This document shows, piece by piece, positions 35,501 to 44,553 of a stretch of 44,730 bases of DNA (position 1 is the stretch's first letter; every line of letters starts with the position of its first letter). Source of the DNA: a virus (Duplodnaviria; Caudoviricetes). The stretch spans positions 1 through 44,730 of IMG/VR virus record IMGVR_UViG_3300036815_000121. One strand, written 5' to 3'. The translations under genes were made by a program, and so were the position numbers. A model generated the notes under the pieces. That model was not told the origin of the DNA, searched no databases, and saw only the letters and a list, made by a program, of their open reading frames with translations.

Positions 35501-37621
35501 CTAGCTTCCTCCTGAGGTGCCGAAAAACTGGCTGGCTTGCATCTGGCGCTCGTCGGCAGTGCGCTCGGCAAAGCTGGCGGCGCGTTGGAGCGGGGATTCG
35601 ACAAGGGTTTTGTGGGTGGTGTCTACGCTCTTGCTGGCAATTCGTCCGGCAATTTTTTTGTCTTCCAGTTCCATATCATTCTGGTGCTTCTGCTGTAGCT
35701 GGGCGGAGTCGGCCTGAGCTTTGATCGCGGCGGGATTTTGCGCGGCCATGGTCTGCATTTCCTGTTGCGTCATCGGGACCACAAGGTCAGCGCGGTTCTT
35801 CCATTCGCTCATATCCAGCACCATCTTTACGAGTTCCATCACGTTGACTTTGTAGCCAACCTGCGAGAGTTGCTGTATGAGCGCCTGATTGCCGAACACT
35901 TCCAACAGGAAGGGAAGGGCTTGCGCCATGCGGTTCCGCGCTGCCAGTTTTGTACCTGCCAGTGTTTCAAATTTGACGTTGGTCGCCATGAAGTCGCCAA
36001 AGTCGGTTACGAGGTCTTGGCTGCGCTCGCCAATGCGGTCGCGGATTTCCTGTATCGGCATCCGCTCTTTCACCATCTGAAAAAGGAAGTTGAGGAAGGG
36101 CAGAAAAACCCCGTCGATGAAACGTTCGACGGGGCTTTGCAGACGACCGGAGGAAGCGGCTTGGAGCATTCCCGCGCCTGTACCGGAATGCCCCACACTG
36201 CTGCCGCGACCGGGGAGGACTCCTTGCACCGTGGCTTGATCGGCTCCGGTCGCGCCTTCGCTCGATCCTACCACCGCTTGGATCGCTCTCCAGCCGTCCG
36301 GGGGAACCTGCGGTTGCGGCACAAGCGACACGGCTTTGGTGGCGTCGTTGCCGTCCACCATACGGATACCGCCTAGCCGTCGCCGCTGGTCTTGGGTCGG
36401 CACGTTGGCCCCTCGCGCAATCGCGTACTCCGGCTGTACCGCGAAGGCGAGGATATCGAGGATGGCGTTTATCATCCCCTGCTCCACCCGTTGATCGGCT
36501 CCCGAGATGCGGCCTACCCCCATGCCGTAGCCGCTGTTGTCGATGTCCCAGTAGTTGGCGCTGAGGTAGGGCTTTTCCGGCATCTTGTGTTTGGCGTTGC
36601 GGATGACGCACTTCTGTTGCAACACCGTTCGCACTTGGGTCTTGTCCCACCATTCCAATACCTGCATCGGTTTCAAGAGCGGGTCTGCTGTCCAGTTGGT
36701 GTCCTGGCGGGCGGCGTGGTGGACGCTGGTGTTGACCGTCATCGCCTCTTCGGTGCCGTCGATGGGTTCGGTCTGCTCCTCGTCCGACATAAAGATGTGG
36801 CGTAGGATTTCGTCGCTCGGGATGTCGTAGTCGGGGTTCTCGCGGAGCTTGGTCAGGTCATCGTAGTTGAGGTAGTTGCGGTGGACGATAAACCGCGCCT
36901 TCCAAATCTGGTTGGGGTTCTTCCATTTTGGATCAATGAAGACTTCGCCTAGTTCGCACTTCTCGAAGGTGGGGCGGTTGCGGGTTACCTCTTCTTCGAC
37001 GGCTTCAAACTCGTCGGACTCCTTGGTGAACACCGTCATGGGCTGGCCTAGCGGCATCGGCACTTGCGGCGGGGCCTTCTTTCTCCGGTAGTGGGTTTCC
37101 AGTTTAGTCTCGGTCTCCCATCCCACCTTGTAGATGACGGTGCCGGAGTTCACCATCCCCTGTATGCCATAACTACACTCTTGCTTGAAGTTGATTTCGT
37201 CTAGCAGTTCGGAGACTAGATCGGTCCATGCCCTTGCCGTGTCCTGATGGGTGGCGGGGCGGGGCCGTACCATAAACGGGGTGGTGTCGGAAAAAATCGC
37301 CCCTGTGATGGCGGGGGCGAGAGAGTTGGTTTGCTTGGCCACGGTGAAGCGGGAGACGTTCGACCGGGTAACAGTGGAGCCTTCAAACACGCTCATGGTG
37401 CGGGGCGATTGATACAGGATGTCGCTCTCCGTCCATTGCAGCGGCCAACGGCGGTCATTCTGCCATGCGCTGGCCCGTTCGTAGTCCTGTACCACGATGC
37501 TGATCACGGCGGCGTCGGTGTAGCGCGGCGGAATTTTCGGGTCGGAAGAAGTCGTCACATCGCCCGGCAACACCGGGGCGTGTGGGTTGTTCTCCACATC
37601 CAAGACGGATGACGCGGCCAT
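35501..37621 (-). CDS. Portal protein (podovirus type)
   Basis: 706 aa downstream of TerL; GTVIYKVGW, VFIDP, GYGMG, Q-rich C-terminal helix. Confidence 0.8.
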   Translation of the reverse strand: MAASSVLDVENNPHAPVLPGDVTTSSDPKIPPRYTDAAVISIVVQDYERASAWQNDRRWPLQWTESDILYQSPRTMSVFEGSTVTRSNVSRFTVAKQTNSLAPAITGAIFSDTTPFMVRPRPATHQDTARAWTDLVSELLDEINFKQECSYGIQGMVNSGTVIYKVGWETETKLETHYRRKKAPPQVPMPLGQPMTVFTKESDEFEAVEEEVTRNRPTFEKCELGEVFIDPKWKNPNQIWKARFIVHRNYLNYDDLTKLRENPDYDIPSDEILRHIFMSDEEQTEPIDGTEEAMTVNTSVHHAARQDTNWTADPLLKPMQVLEWWDKTQVRTVLQQKCVIRNAKHKMPEKPYLSANYWDIDNSGYGMGVGRISGADQRVEQGMINAILDILAFAVQPEYAIARGANVPTQDQRRRLGGIRMVDGNDATKAVSLVPQPQVPPDGWRAIQAVVGSSEGATGADQATVQGVLPGRGSSVGHSGTGAGMLQAASSGRLQSPVERFIDGVFLPFLNFLFQMVKERMPIQEIRDRIGERSQDLVTDFGDFMATNVKFETLAGTKLAARNRMAQALPFLLEVFGNQALIQQLSQVGYKVNVMELVKMVLDMSEWKNRADLVVPMTQQEMQTMAAQNPAAIKAQADSAQLQQKHQNDMELEDKKIAGRIASKSVDTTHKTLVESPLQRAASFAERTADERQMQASQFFGTSGGS

Positions 37622-37796
37622 GAACCCTCACCCTTAACCGTTTTGTCGTTAGAACGGGTTCAGGGTCGGGAAAAAACGTTTCTTCCGGCCACTTCCGTTG
37701 TTTCAATGGCACCGGGGAGGGTGCGTTCTTCAAAGGTTCAAGCAACGCCTTGCACAATCTTTGCGGATGATAGACCCTCAACAGAGAGAAAACAAC

Positions 37797-38162
37797 ATGG
37801 ATAACCAGAGCAGCATCCGGGTAATGCTCCAGCTAATCATCTTTAGCCTGACCGACAACCCCCAAGCCGTCAAGATTGAGGTTACCGGGCAGGATGGGGG
37901 TACAACCTTTAGCGTCACGGTCCATGCCAGCGATATCGGCAAGGTGATCGGCAAAGGGGGGCGTACTGCCCGCTCGATCCGCACGATTCTAGCGGCGGCT
38001 TCAATGCGGGATAAAACCCGCTACGACTTAGACATCACTCCAAACCCGGAATACACACCTCTAGACCCTGTGCCGTCAACGGGTGCTCCTCAAAACTGGA
38101 TAGCGATTCCTCCTCCTCCGGCTCCGGCTCGGGAGGAGAGTACACCCCGCGCCCGTAGATAA
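37797..38162 (+). CDS. khpA: KhpA-like KH-domain RNA-binding protein
   Basis: LTDNPQAVKIE...VHASDIGKVIGKGGRTARSIRTIL (GxxG loop) matches UPF0109/KhpA; start reassigned to MDNQS. Confidence 0.88.
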   Translation: MDNQSSIRVMLQLIIFSLTDNPQAVKIEVTGQDGGTTFSVTVHASDIGKVIGKGGRTARSIRTILAAASMRDKTRYDLDITPNPEYTPLDPVPSTGAPQNWIAIPPPPAPAREESTPRARR

Positions 38163-39774
38163 GGTTGTACTTGTCGCGTTCGCGCATCATCTCCCATGCG
38201 AGGTCTTCCTCGGCCATCTCCCCGGCTGCGATGCTCACCGGAAGGTGATCGGCCACGCGGGAGACCACATCGGGTAAGCCGTCGTCGGGGGTCATGCCAT
38301 ATTGCACAAAGCCTTCGATGAGCGGCTTGGTCTTGAGGCTGTTCGAAAAGAACAGGCGGGAGGATGCCAGCAACGGCTCCAGATGCCGGATGCGGGTGTC
38401 TCGCTCTCCGGCGTCGGCCTGAAACTCCGTCCACGTAATGGCGATGTTCCAACCCGTTGTCAAACTGTAGTTATTGATTGCCGGTTGCATCAACCGCGCT
38501 CCCGGCGATTCCTCGATGCTGATGCTGTGCAGGCCGTTGCGTCGGGCGGTGTCGTGGATGATTCGGGCGAGTGCCGATGGCTTGTAGTGGCCCTGCAAAG
38601 TCTCCGCGATATACATGCGGTTGCGGTGCAGAATGCCTACCGCGCCGGAGGTCGTTAGCCAGTTGATGCTCCGGCAAGGAACCCGAAAATGTAAGAAGCG
38701 TTGTCCCTCCATCGGGAGGTCGCTTTCGTCCACCATCGCTGCCAGCATTTGCGCCTCGGTGAACACCAGTTCGGCGGCTCCGTAGCTGTCCAGCATGTAT
38801 TGGCTCATAAAAAATTCATAGTCGGCTTCGTACTCCTCACGCAAAAAATCGTAGCTGAGGATGGCGGGGAACAGCAGTTCCATCTCTTCCGGGGCAGGGA
38901 AGCCGTTGGGGTCCAGCCGTTCGCCGTTCAACAACCGCAACGCGGGTTTGAAGACGCGGTGATAACTCCCCGGCCTCGCCGTCAAAACCTCATCGGAGAA
39001 GGTGTCGCCCAAGCCGTAGGGCGTCCCGATCTTGATTTCGAAGCCGGTCGGTTTGAGGATTTTGCGGGTGAGCTTATACGCCTTGGTGACGGCTACCCGG
39101 CCTTCGAACTTGCGCGAATTGCGGTTGGTGTTGATGTCGTCGTAGATCAACACGTCGGGGTGCCATCCGGTAATGTTGGAGTCGATGGAGTTGGCCCATA
39201 TCATCGGCTCGATAATCTTGGGGTCGTGCTGGCGGAGCGGACAAGTGAATCGTCCTGGCTCCTTCGGCATCTTGGACACGCACAGTTCGGGAAAGAGGGC
39301 TTGAAACAGGGTGGGCGGGCGGTGCGAGGGATGAAAGAAAAAGCTGGCTACCTGATCCACGAAGGCGAAGGCTAGGTCTTTGCCTCCGCTCATGATCAGG
39401 ATGGCGATGGTCATGTAGTAATGCAGGATGAGTTGTACGCAGTAGGCGTTATCAAGGGTGGTCTTGTAGGTGTTGCGCGGGTAGAGTAGGGTGCGCCTGC
39501 GCTTCTTGCCGATGTGCAGTTCCGCAACCGTCTGGGAGGAGTCTATCTCGGGGAAAAACGCGATGGCCTCATGGTGAACGGTTTCGTCAATCAGGCAGTA
39601 ACCCAACACGTAGCTGAGGGCGAGAAGGTTGCTCTTGCAGCATCGCCGCCCGTCCGCATTCACATCGCCATCGTGCAAGACGATATCGGTAAGCTCGGTG
39701 CGCCATGCTTGGTTGTCGCTCCGCTCGGCGGCGGGGTCGCGCAATCGACGCCAATCAAAATGTCTCGGCTTCAC
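38035..39774 (-). CDS. terL: Terminase large subunit
   Basis: LLYPRNTYKTT Walker A variant, ITGWHPDVLIYDD Walker B, IGTPY motif, C-terminal RNase H-like region. Confidence 0.85.
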   Translation of the reverse strand: MKPRHFDWRRLRDPAAERSDNQAWRTELTDIVLHDGDVNADGRRCCKSNLLALSYVLGYCLIDETVHHEAIAFFPEIDSSQTVAELHIGKKRRRTLLYPRNTYKTTLDNAYCVQLILHYYMTIAILIMSGGKDLAFAFVDQVASFFFHPSHRPPTLFQALFPELCVSKMPKEPGRFTCPLRQHDPKIIEPMIWANSIDSNITGWHPDVLIYDDINTNRNSRKFEGRVAVTKAYKLTRKILKPTGFEIKIGTPYGLGDTFSDEVLTARPGSYHRVFKPALRLLNGERLDPNGFPAPEEMELLFPAILSYDFLREEYEADYEFFMSQYMLDSYGAAELVFTEAQMLAAMVDESDLPMEGQRFLHFRVPCRSINWLTTSGAVGILHRNRMYIAETLQGHYKPSALARIIHDTARRNGLHSISIEESPGARLMQPAINNYSLTTGWNIAITWTEFQADAGERDTRIRHLEPLLASSRLFFSNSLKTKPLIEGFVQYGMTPDDGLPDVVSRVADHLPVSIAAGEMAEEDLAWEMMRERDKYNLIYGRGVYSPPEPEPEEEESLSSFEEHPLTAQGLEVCIPGLE

Positions 39775-40028
39775 GACGCGGGTTCTTCGTCGGGTTCGAC
39801 CGGCCCCATGTGCTGTTGCACGTGCGCGGCTAGCGCGGCTGGATCGGCGGCAACGTTATACTCGGCCTCGGCGTTCTGCCCGTCCTGCGGGGGCTGGCCC
39901 TTGCCGTCGCGGAGTTCATGCTTGGCGATGTAGCCGTTGGCGGTACGGCGGAGATGCATACCGTGAGTGTGGAGCTTCTTGCCCCTGCTGCTTAAAACCT
40001 TGCCTGCGCTTTCGGCTGGTGAGTCCAT
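39771..40028 (-). CDS. Hypothetical protein
   Basis: GGAGG RBS; overlaps the TerL start. Confidence 0.7.
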   Translation of the reverse strand: MDSPAESAGKVLSSRGKKLHTHGMHLRRTANGYIAKHELRDGKGQPPQDGQNAEAEYNVAADPAALAAHVQQHMGPVEPDEEPAS

Positions 40029-40058
40029 ACGCGCCTCCGGTTGGCCCCCGGATGCGCC

Positions 40059-40310
40059 CTAGACGCGGCGGAGAGCCTGTCGATTGATAACGGTGCAAAA
40101 CCCGTCCTCAAACTTGATCTGCGCTGTCTTGGTGGATTGGCGAATGATGGTCACTCGCTGCCCCTTGCGCCCTAAGCGGTCCCAAACAAGGACATAGGGG
40201 AAGGGGGTTGGCTGTGTCTCGACCTGGGGATTAGGCCCAAGCCGCATCACAGCGGTTTTGACTATACCATCCCATCGTTTCTCGTCACTAGTGCGGTCTT
40301 TTTTCTTCAA
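40059..40310 (-). CDS. Hypothetical protein (SH3-like beta pattern)
   Basis: RKGQRVTIIR...AQIKFEDG. Confidence 0.55.
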   Translation of the reverse strand: MKKKDRTSDEKRWDGIVKTAVMRLGPNPQVETQPTPFPYVLVWDRLGRKGQRVTIIRQSTKTAQIKFEDGFCTVINRQALRRV

Positions 40311-40479
40311 ACTCTTCCTCCACCCTTCGTACCGTGTCCACCTTGACTAACCTCTTGCTGTATTTCAATTGCGCTACGAGTGCTCGGGCCTCTTCTTCTT
40401 CCCGTATTGGCAGGAATGGCGAGACCCAACCTCCGCCAGAGCGGGAGATAATTTCTACTTCCCAATGGACGCTAGTCAC
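40288..40479 (-). CDS. Hypothetical protein
   Basis: Probable GTG start overlapping the upstream TGA. Confidence 0.45.
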   Translation of the reverse strand: MTSVHWEVEIISRSGGGWVSPFLPIREEEEARALVAQLKYSKRLVKVDTVRRVEEEFEEKRPH

Positions 40480-40811
40480 TGCTTGTCTCCCATACGAATT
40501 AGCTCTCCCCAACACTCCTCCAGTTCGGTCTTCGATAACAGCCTGTCAATGTACTTTGCAGCGGGGTTCTGTGACGTTGGGACGGGGCATCCGCGAATTT
40601 GCCCGCCCGGATTGATGTAGAGGTCTCGCGCCCGCTGGCAAGCGTGTACGAAGCCATAGGCGCGGACAATGCACCCGCCTAGAAACTTGCCGGGGCTGGC
40701 ATAGGAGAGATACCAAAGCGAGGTAGCGCCCTTGGTCTGCTGGCGCTCCTCTGCGATGAGGTCGCGGTTGCGCTGGCGTAGCTCCTCAATCGTGAGATGG
40801 GGATAGTTCAT
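40476..40811 (-). CDS. Hypothetical protein
   Basis: Start reassigned to MNYPHL; LWYLSYA...FLGGCIV...INPGGQ. Confidence 0.6.
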   Translation of the reverse strand: MNYPHLTIEELRQRNRDLIAEERQQTKGATSLWYLSYASPGKFLGGCIVRAYGFVHACQRARDLYINPGGQIRGCPVPTSQNPAAKYIDRLLSKTELEECWGELIRMGDKQ

Positions 40812-41154
40812 CGGCGGTCTCAATTGTGGATTGGGGTTTCGGGCCGCGTTTCTTGGGCGGGTTAGCTCTACGATACTCCCGCTCGGCAAGCTCCTCCGGG
40901 GAGAGGTCGGCATCGGGGGGCGGATTCTTCTCTTCCCATCGCCGCCAACGCTGAAAGCGGCTGCGCTCGGCCAAGGTTGCGGGGCGGCGGCAATAGCGGC
41001 ACTCCCGCGCATCCTGTTTGCTGCGCCGCCATTGTTTGCGCAACAGGCTGCACTTGTCGGAACAGGTGATGGCGTGCTTGGGGCGGTCGGCGGGAACAAT
41101 CTCGCCGCACATCACGCAATGCGGGATGATGCCGGAAAAGTGATCTGCTCTCAT
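40786..41154 (-). CDS. Zn-ribbon protein
   Basis: HCVMCG...TCSDKC, CRYC; ATGA-coupled to rusA. Confidence 0.6.
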   Translation of the reverse strand: MRADHFSGIIPHCVMCGEIVPADRPKHAITCSDKCSLLRKQWRRSKQDARECRYCRRPATLAERSRFQRWRRWEEKNPPPDADLSPEELAEREYRRANPPKKRGPKPQSTIETADELSPSHD

Positions 41155-41573
41155 TTGTTGTCCTTTCGGGTTACGGTGTAAACGGTGCGGCTGTTGCCTC
41201 GGTCGTTGCGTATGACGTCGCAGACGCAATGCGCGTAGGCGTCGGAGTGAATGACTCCGGCATCGGTTAGAGCATCAAGCCCAACCTTGTGAAAGTTGTC
41301 TTCGTCGCCCTTCTGACCACGGCCAAGTACGACGACCATATGAACGTCATAGGCGGTTTTTTTCTTCTTGGCATCGGGCGGGGCGACGGTGCGGCCTCGG
41401 GCGAAGATGGCGACGGCCTCTTTGTATGCCTTGGCCTCGGGGGTGACCTTGAATCCCCGGCGCGGGTAGCCGTTGCGGTCGCGGTAGACGCATGGACTCT
41501 TGTAGTGATTCCCCGATGGCGGAACAAGGTAGGGAACCGTGAAAGTGACTACATCCGCGATTTCGCTTGACAT
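41151..41573 (-). CDS. rusA: RusA-like Holliday junction resolvase
   Basis: PPSGNHY, EAKAYK, GDEDNFHKVGLDALTDAGVIHSD. Confidence 0.85.
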   Translation of the reverse strand: MSSEIADVVTFTVPYLVPPSGNHYKSPCVYRDRNGYPRRGFKVTPEAKAYKEAVAIFARGRTVAPPDAKKKKTAYDVHMVVVLGRGQKGDEDNFHKVGLDALTDAGVIHSDAYAHCVCDVIRNDRGNSRTVYTVTRKDNK

Positions 41574-41609
41574 AAAGTGACTATACTTTGTAGAAGTGAG
41601 TCATGGCAA
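41542..41609. promoter_or_regulatory. Overlapping divergent promoters with candidate operator repeats
   Basis: + strand TTGACA at 41567; - strand TTGCCA-18 nt-TATAGT ending 6 nt before the rusA ATG; AAAGTGACTA at 41542 and 41574. Confidence 0.55.
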
Positions 41610-41860
41610 TGAAAAAAAATGCAAAGGAAATCAAGATTAATAGCTATCAAAAGGGGGTCGGCGGACGGTCGCGGCGGCGTACCGGCGTGATCGTCCAAAG
41701 CATCCGCCTTTTGGTGGTCGATAACAACAAGTTGCACGACGCGGCGAAGGTGGAAGGAATCTCCTTCAACGGTTGGGCATCCCGCATTCTCATCCGCGAG
41801 GCCGCAAAGGTTCTCAAGCGCAATGAGGCGGCAAAACAACAAAAGAAAGTGACGGAATAA
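41603..41860 (+). CDS. Ribbon-helix-helix regulator (candidate repressor)
   Basis: SIRL...LHDAAKVEGISFNGWASRIL; first gene of the divergent operon. Confidence 0.7.
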   Translation: MAMKKNAKEIKINSYQKGVGGRSRRRTGVIVQSIRLLVVDNNKLHDAAKVEGISFNGWASRILIREAAKVLKRNEAAKQQKKVTE

Positions 41861-41861
41861 C

Positions 41862-42074
41862 TTGGCGAAAACAAGCGTACCGGCTAGGGACACTCGACCT
41901 TCAAACACCAACAACGCGGCTCTCCATCCGCAACCGAAAGACCCCCGGATGGAGCTTTTTTACCTGCTTGGCGTCCTGCGCGGCTCCGGCGTCGAAAACT
42001 CGGTTCGTATCGCAGAACTGGTCAATGAGCTATTGATTCCTGCGGCTCCGGCTGCGGAAAGTGCAGGTGAGTGA
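41862..42074 (+). CDS. Hypothetical protein
   Basis: Fills the operon gap; start uncertain. Confidence 0.45.
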   Translation: MAKTSVPARDTRPSNTNNAALHPQPKDPRMELFYLLGVLRGSGVENSVRIAELVNELLIPAAPAAESAGE

Positions 42075-42262
42075 TGGCGGAGGATCGCCTAGACCGCATT
42101 GAAGCTGTCTTGGAGCAGACAACCGTGCTGGTGAACCGTTTGGTTCGCTACGCTATGTTGATCGCTCGGATTCACGAAGAGGAAATTAGCAGTCTTAAAA
42201 AGCGGGTCTCGCTACTGGAAGCGGGGGAGGAAGGGACAAATGGCGACGTTGTTACGCGCTGA
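42071..42262 (+). CDS. Small coiled-coil protein
   Basis: RLDRIEAVLEQ heptads. Confidence 0.6.
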   Translation: MMAEDRLDRIEAVLEQTTVLVNRLVRYAMLIARIHEEEISSLKKRVSLLEAGEEGTNGDVVTR

Positions 42263-42539
42263 TGGATCGGCGGAGACCTTGCAACCGTCGAACGGAGTTC
42301 ACTGGAATCTGGAGGAGCTTCAAACTTTGGTCGGCGGTTACATCGAGGTCGCGAGGACGACCGATGGCAAATACTTGGTGCTCGATGAGGAAGGGAAGTT
42401 GAAACGGAAGCCGCTGAACGTGGCGGCAACCCGCATCTACCAGCACGGTCGGCGGGACGTGATTGTGGGCGATGCGGTTGTCGTAGACACTAAACTAGAG
42501 ATGAACGGACCGGATGAGGAGGAGGAGCCAGAGCAGTGA
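42240..42539 (+). CDS. DUF3846-like protein
   Basis: LEELQTLVGGYIEV, DEEGKL..KPLNVAAT, IVGDAVV. Confidence 0.8.
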   Translation: MATLLRADGSAETLQPSNGVHWNLEELQTLVGGYIEVARTTDGKYLVLDEEGKLKRKPLNVAATRIYQHGRRDVIVGDAVVVDTKLEMNGPDEEEEPEQ

Positions 42540-42832
42540 AGAAGTGGAATCCTTTCATAAAGGATGGGTACACCGGGCGGATGCCACCAAGCGTCTGCCC
42601 GGTTTGTCTTTATGAGCTAAATGGCGTTACCAACATGACCTCGCGTGATGAGCCAGCAGTGGGTGATTTCACCATTTGCATCAACTGTCGTTCGGTCCTA
42701 CGCTTCGGGTTGGGAATGACTCTGGAGAAGAGTTCCCTGTTGGATGTCCCTGTTTCCGTGCGCTTTAATTTTGCGAAACTGCTACGGGTGATGGAGACCA
42801 TGCCAGCACGACCAAAAAAGAAAGGGAAATAA
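42536..42832 (+). CDS. CxxC zinc-ribbon protein
   Basis: CPVC and CINC; GGAG RBS. Confidence 0.65.
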   Translation: MKKWNPFIKDGYTGRMPPSVCPVCLYELNGVTNMTSRDEPAVGDFTICINCRSVLRFGLGMTLEKSSLLDVPVSVRFNFAKLLRVMETMPARPKKKGK

Positions 42833-42839
42833 CTACATT

Positions 42840-43811
42840 ATGGGCGCGATAACAGAAATTTCACGGAACCCTTTAAGCGGCGTTGTCAATGAGAGGCGCA
42901 TGGAGGCTTCGCTACAGATGTTCGATATCGAACGCGGCAATGCGAAGCCATCGTTCTATTACCTCAACACCGTGCTCGCGCAAACCAGTCTGCCCCACAA
43001 AGACCCCGGCGATATGCCCTTTTTCAAGTGTGAAAACGGCAACGTCGCTACTACTCTTGTGCGCGGCACTCTCCGTAATCCCTTCAGTGGAAAAATCGAG
43101 TTGCAGGGCTACCCTTATGGCACGAAGCCCCGATTAATGCTCATGTACCTGTGCAGCAGAGCAACCTTGACAGGGAGTAAAGAGATTTACCTGGGCGGCT
43201 CTCTGACGGAATTTCAGCGGCGTATCGGAATCGAGCAATCAACCGGGGGGGTTACCGGGTCGTTGGCTCCGACAAAAAACCAGTTAATGCGTCTCGTATC
43301 CACACATCTCCAGTTGTATTGCGGAGCTATAAACGCCTACTCCATGACCCATGCGGTTCCTCCTATCAAACGCTTCGATTTTTGGCTTCCCGAGGGCCGT
43401 GGAGCCATGAAGTGGGAGGGTATGGTGACGCTCGATGATGAGATTTTCAATTGTCTACAAGATCGTTCCTGCCCCCTACAGGCGTCGGCCATTGTTGCGC
43501 TGCATAACTCCAGTTTGGCGCTCGATATTTATACGTGGCTGGCCTTTCGGCTCTGGCGGATCAAGGTTAGTCCAATGAGGCCGCTGCCTTGGGACTCGCT
43601 TCATGCTCAGTTCGGATCGGGATATAGCAGGATTCGAGACTTTCGGAAGGCTTTCAAGGAATCTCTTCAGTTGGTGAAATCCGTCTACCCGGAAGCCTGT
43701 TTCAGTTTCGACCACAACGACGAGCTAGTTTTGCGGCGTTCTCAACCTCCTGTGGCGAAGTCCACTATCGAGCGGGAGGTAAAAACTCTCCAACTTTCGC
43801 TAAACTATTGA
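42840..43811 (+). CDS. repA: Plasmid replication initiator RepA (RepA_C-like family)
   Basis: LAQTSLPH, GYPYGTKPRL, SSLALDIYTWLAFRL, LHAQFGSGY, VYPEA. Confidence 0.88.
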   Translation: MGAITEISRNPLSGVVNERRMEASLQMFDIERGNAKPSFYYLNTVLAQTSLPHKDPGDMPFFKCENGNVATTLVRGTLRNPFSGKIELQGYPYGTKPRLMLMYLCSRATLTGSKEIYLGGSLTEFQRRIGIEQSTGGVTGSLAPTKNQLMRLVSTHLQLYCGAINAYSMTHAVPPIKRFDFWLPEGRGAMKWEGMVTLDDEIFNCLQDRSCPLQASAIVALHNSSLALDIYTWLAFRLWRIKVSPMRPLPWDSLHAQFGSGYSRIRDFRKAFKESLQLVKSVYPEACFSFDHNDELVLRRSQPPVAKSTIEREVKTLQLSLNY

Positions 43812-43827
43812 AAACATTACTAAACGT

Positions 43828-43999
43828 CACGCATAAATGGTCGCGCTTCGAGTTTTCCTCATTTTCAACAGGGTTGGAGAGTTTTCCACGCATAATTGGT
43901 CGCGCATTGAAACCCTTTGTTTCCGTCAAGGCCACGCATAATTGGTCGCGCCTTCCACGCATAAATGGTCGCGCTCTATCTATATTGTTTTTGCCGTTA
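43828..43999 (+). promoter_or_regulatory. Replication origin: four 19-bp iterons plus AT-rich tract
   Basis: CACGCATAAWTGGTCGCGC at 43828, 43887, 43933, 43956; DnaA-box-like TTTTCAACA and TTTTCCACG; AT-rich 43975-43999. Confidence 0.85.
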
Positions 44000-44250
44000 G
44001 TAGAAGCCCGTAAGATTTAAATACCCGGTAGTTGGTGAAGCCGGGCGGTGTGGAAAAAGTTGTTGCGACGAGCGCAAAACCGCAAAACGCGACGGCTCAC
44101 ACAGGCGGTGGCGGCAACCGCAAAACACCCAAAGCGCACAAATGCCACCACATGGCGTTGGTGGCGGCGGGATGACCTGTTACCCTCACCGAAGGGCTGC
44201 GGAGGCCGTGTAGGGCGATTCTGGGCGATTGCGGGGCATCGGAGGCGAAG

Positions 44251-44553
44251 GTGAAGGATCGAATTGGCAATGTGTTGGCGAATGGCGACAAGGTGTTGGT
44301 CGAATTGCCAACGTCGAGCATCGTGGGCTTCATCGCAGACCTCGCGGAGCCGGGGCTGGTGGCAGTGCGGCGCGGAACGGCGGCGAACATGACTCCAGGG
44401 CGGGTTTTGGTGTCGTGCGTAATCGCCTTGCCGGTGGATGGCGAGGTTGGCGCAGTGCCGCAGTTGGTGAAGGTGTACGATGCGGCCAAGGAAGGCACTC
44501 AGGAGCCATCGCAGGGCTTTGAGGGTAGGCAAGGGTCATCGCGAGAGAACTGA
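44251..44553 (+). CDS. Hypothetical protein
   Basis: GTG start after GGAGG; MKDRIGNVLANGDKVLV. Confidence 0.65.
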   Translation: MKDRIGNVLANGDKVLVELPTSSIVGFIADLAEPGLVAVRRGTAANMTPGRVLVSCVIALPVDGEVGAVPQLVKVYDAAKEGTQEPSQGFEGRQGSSREN

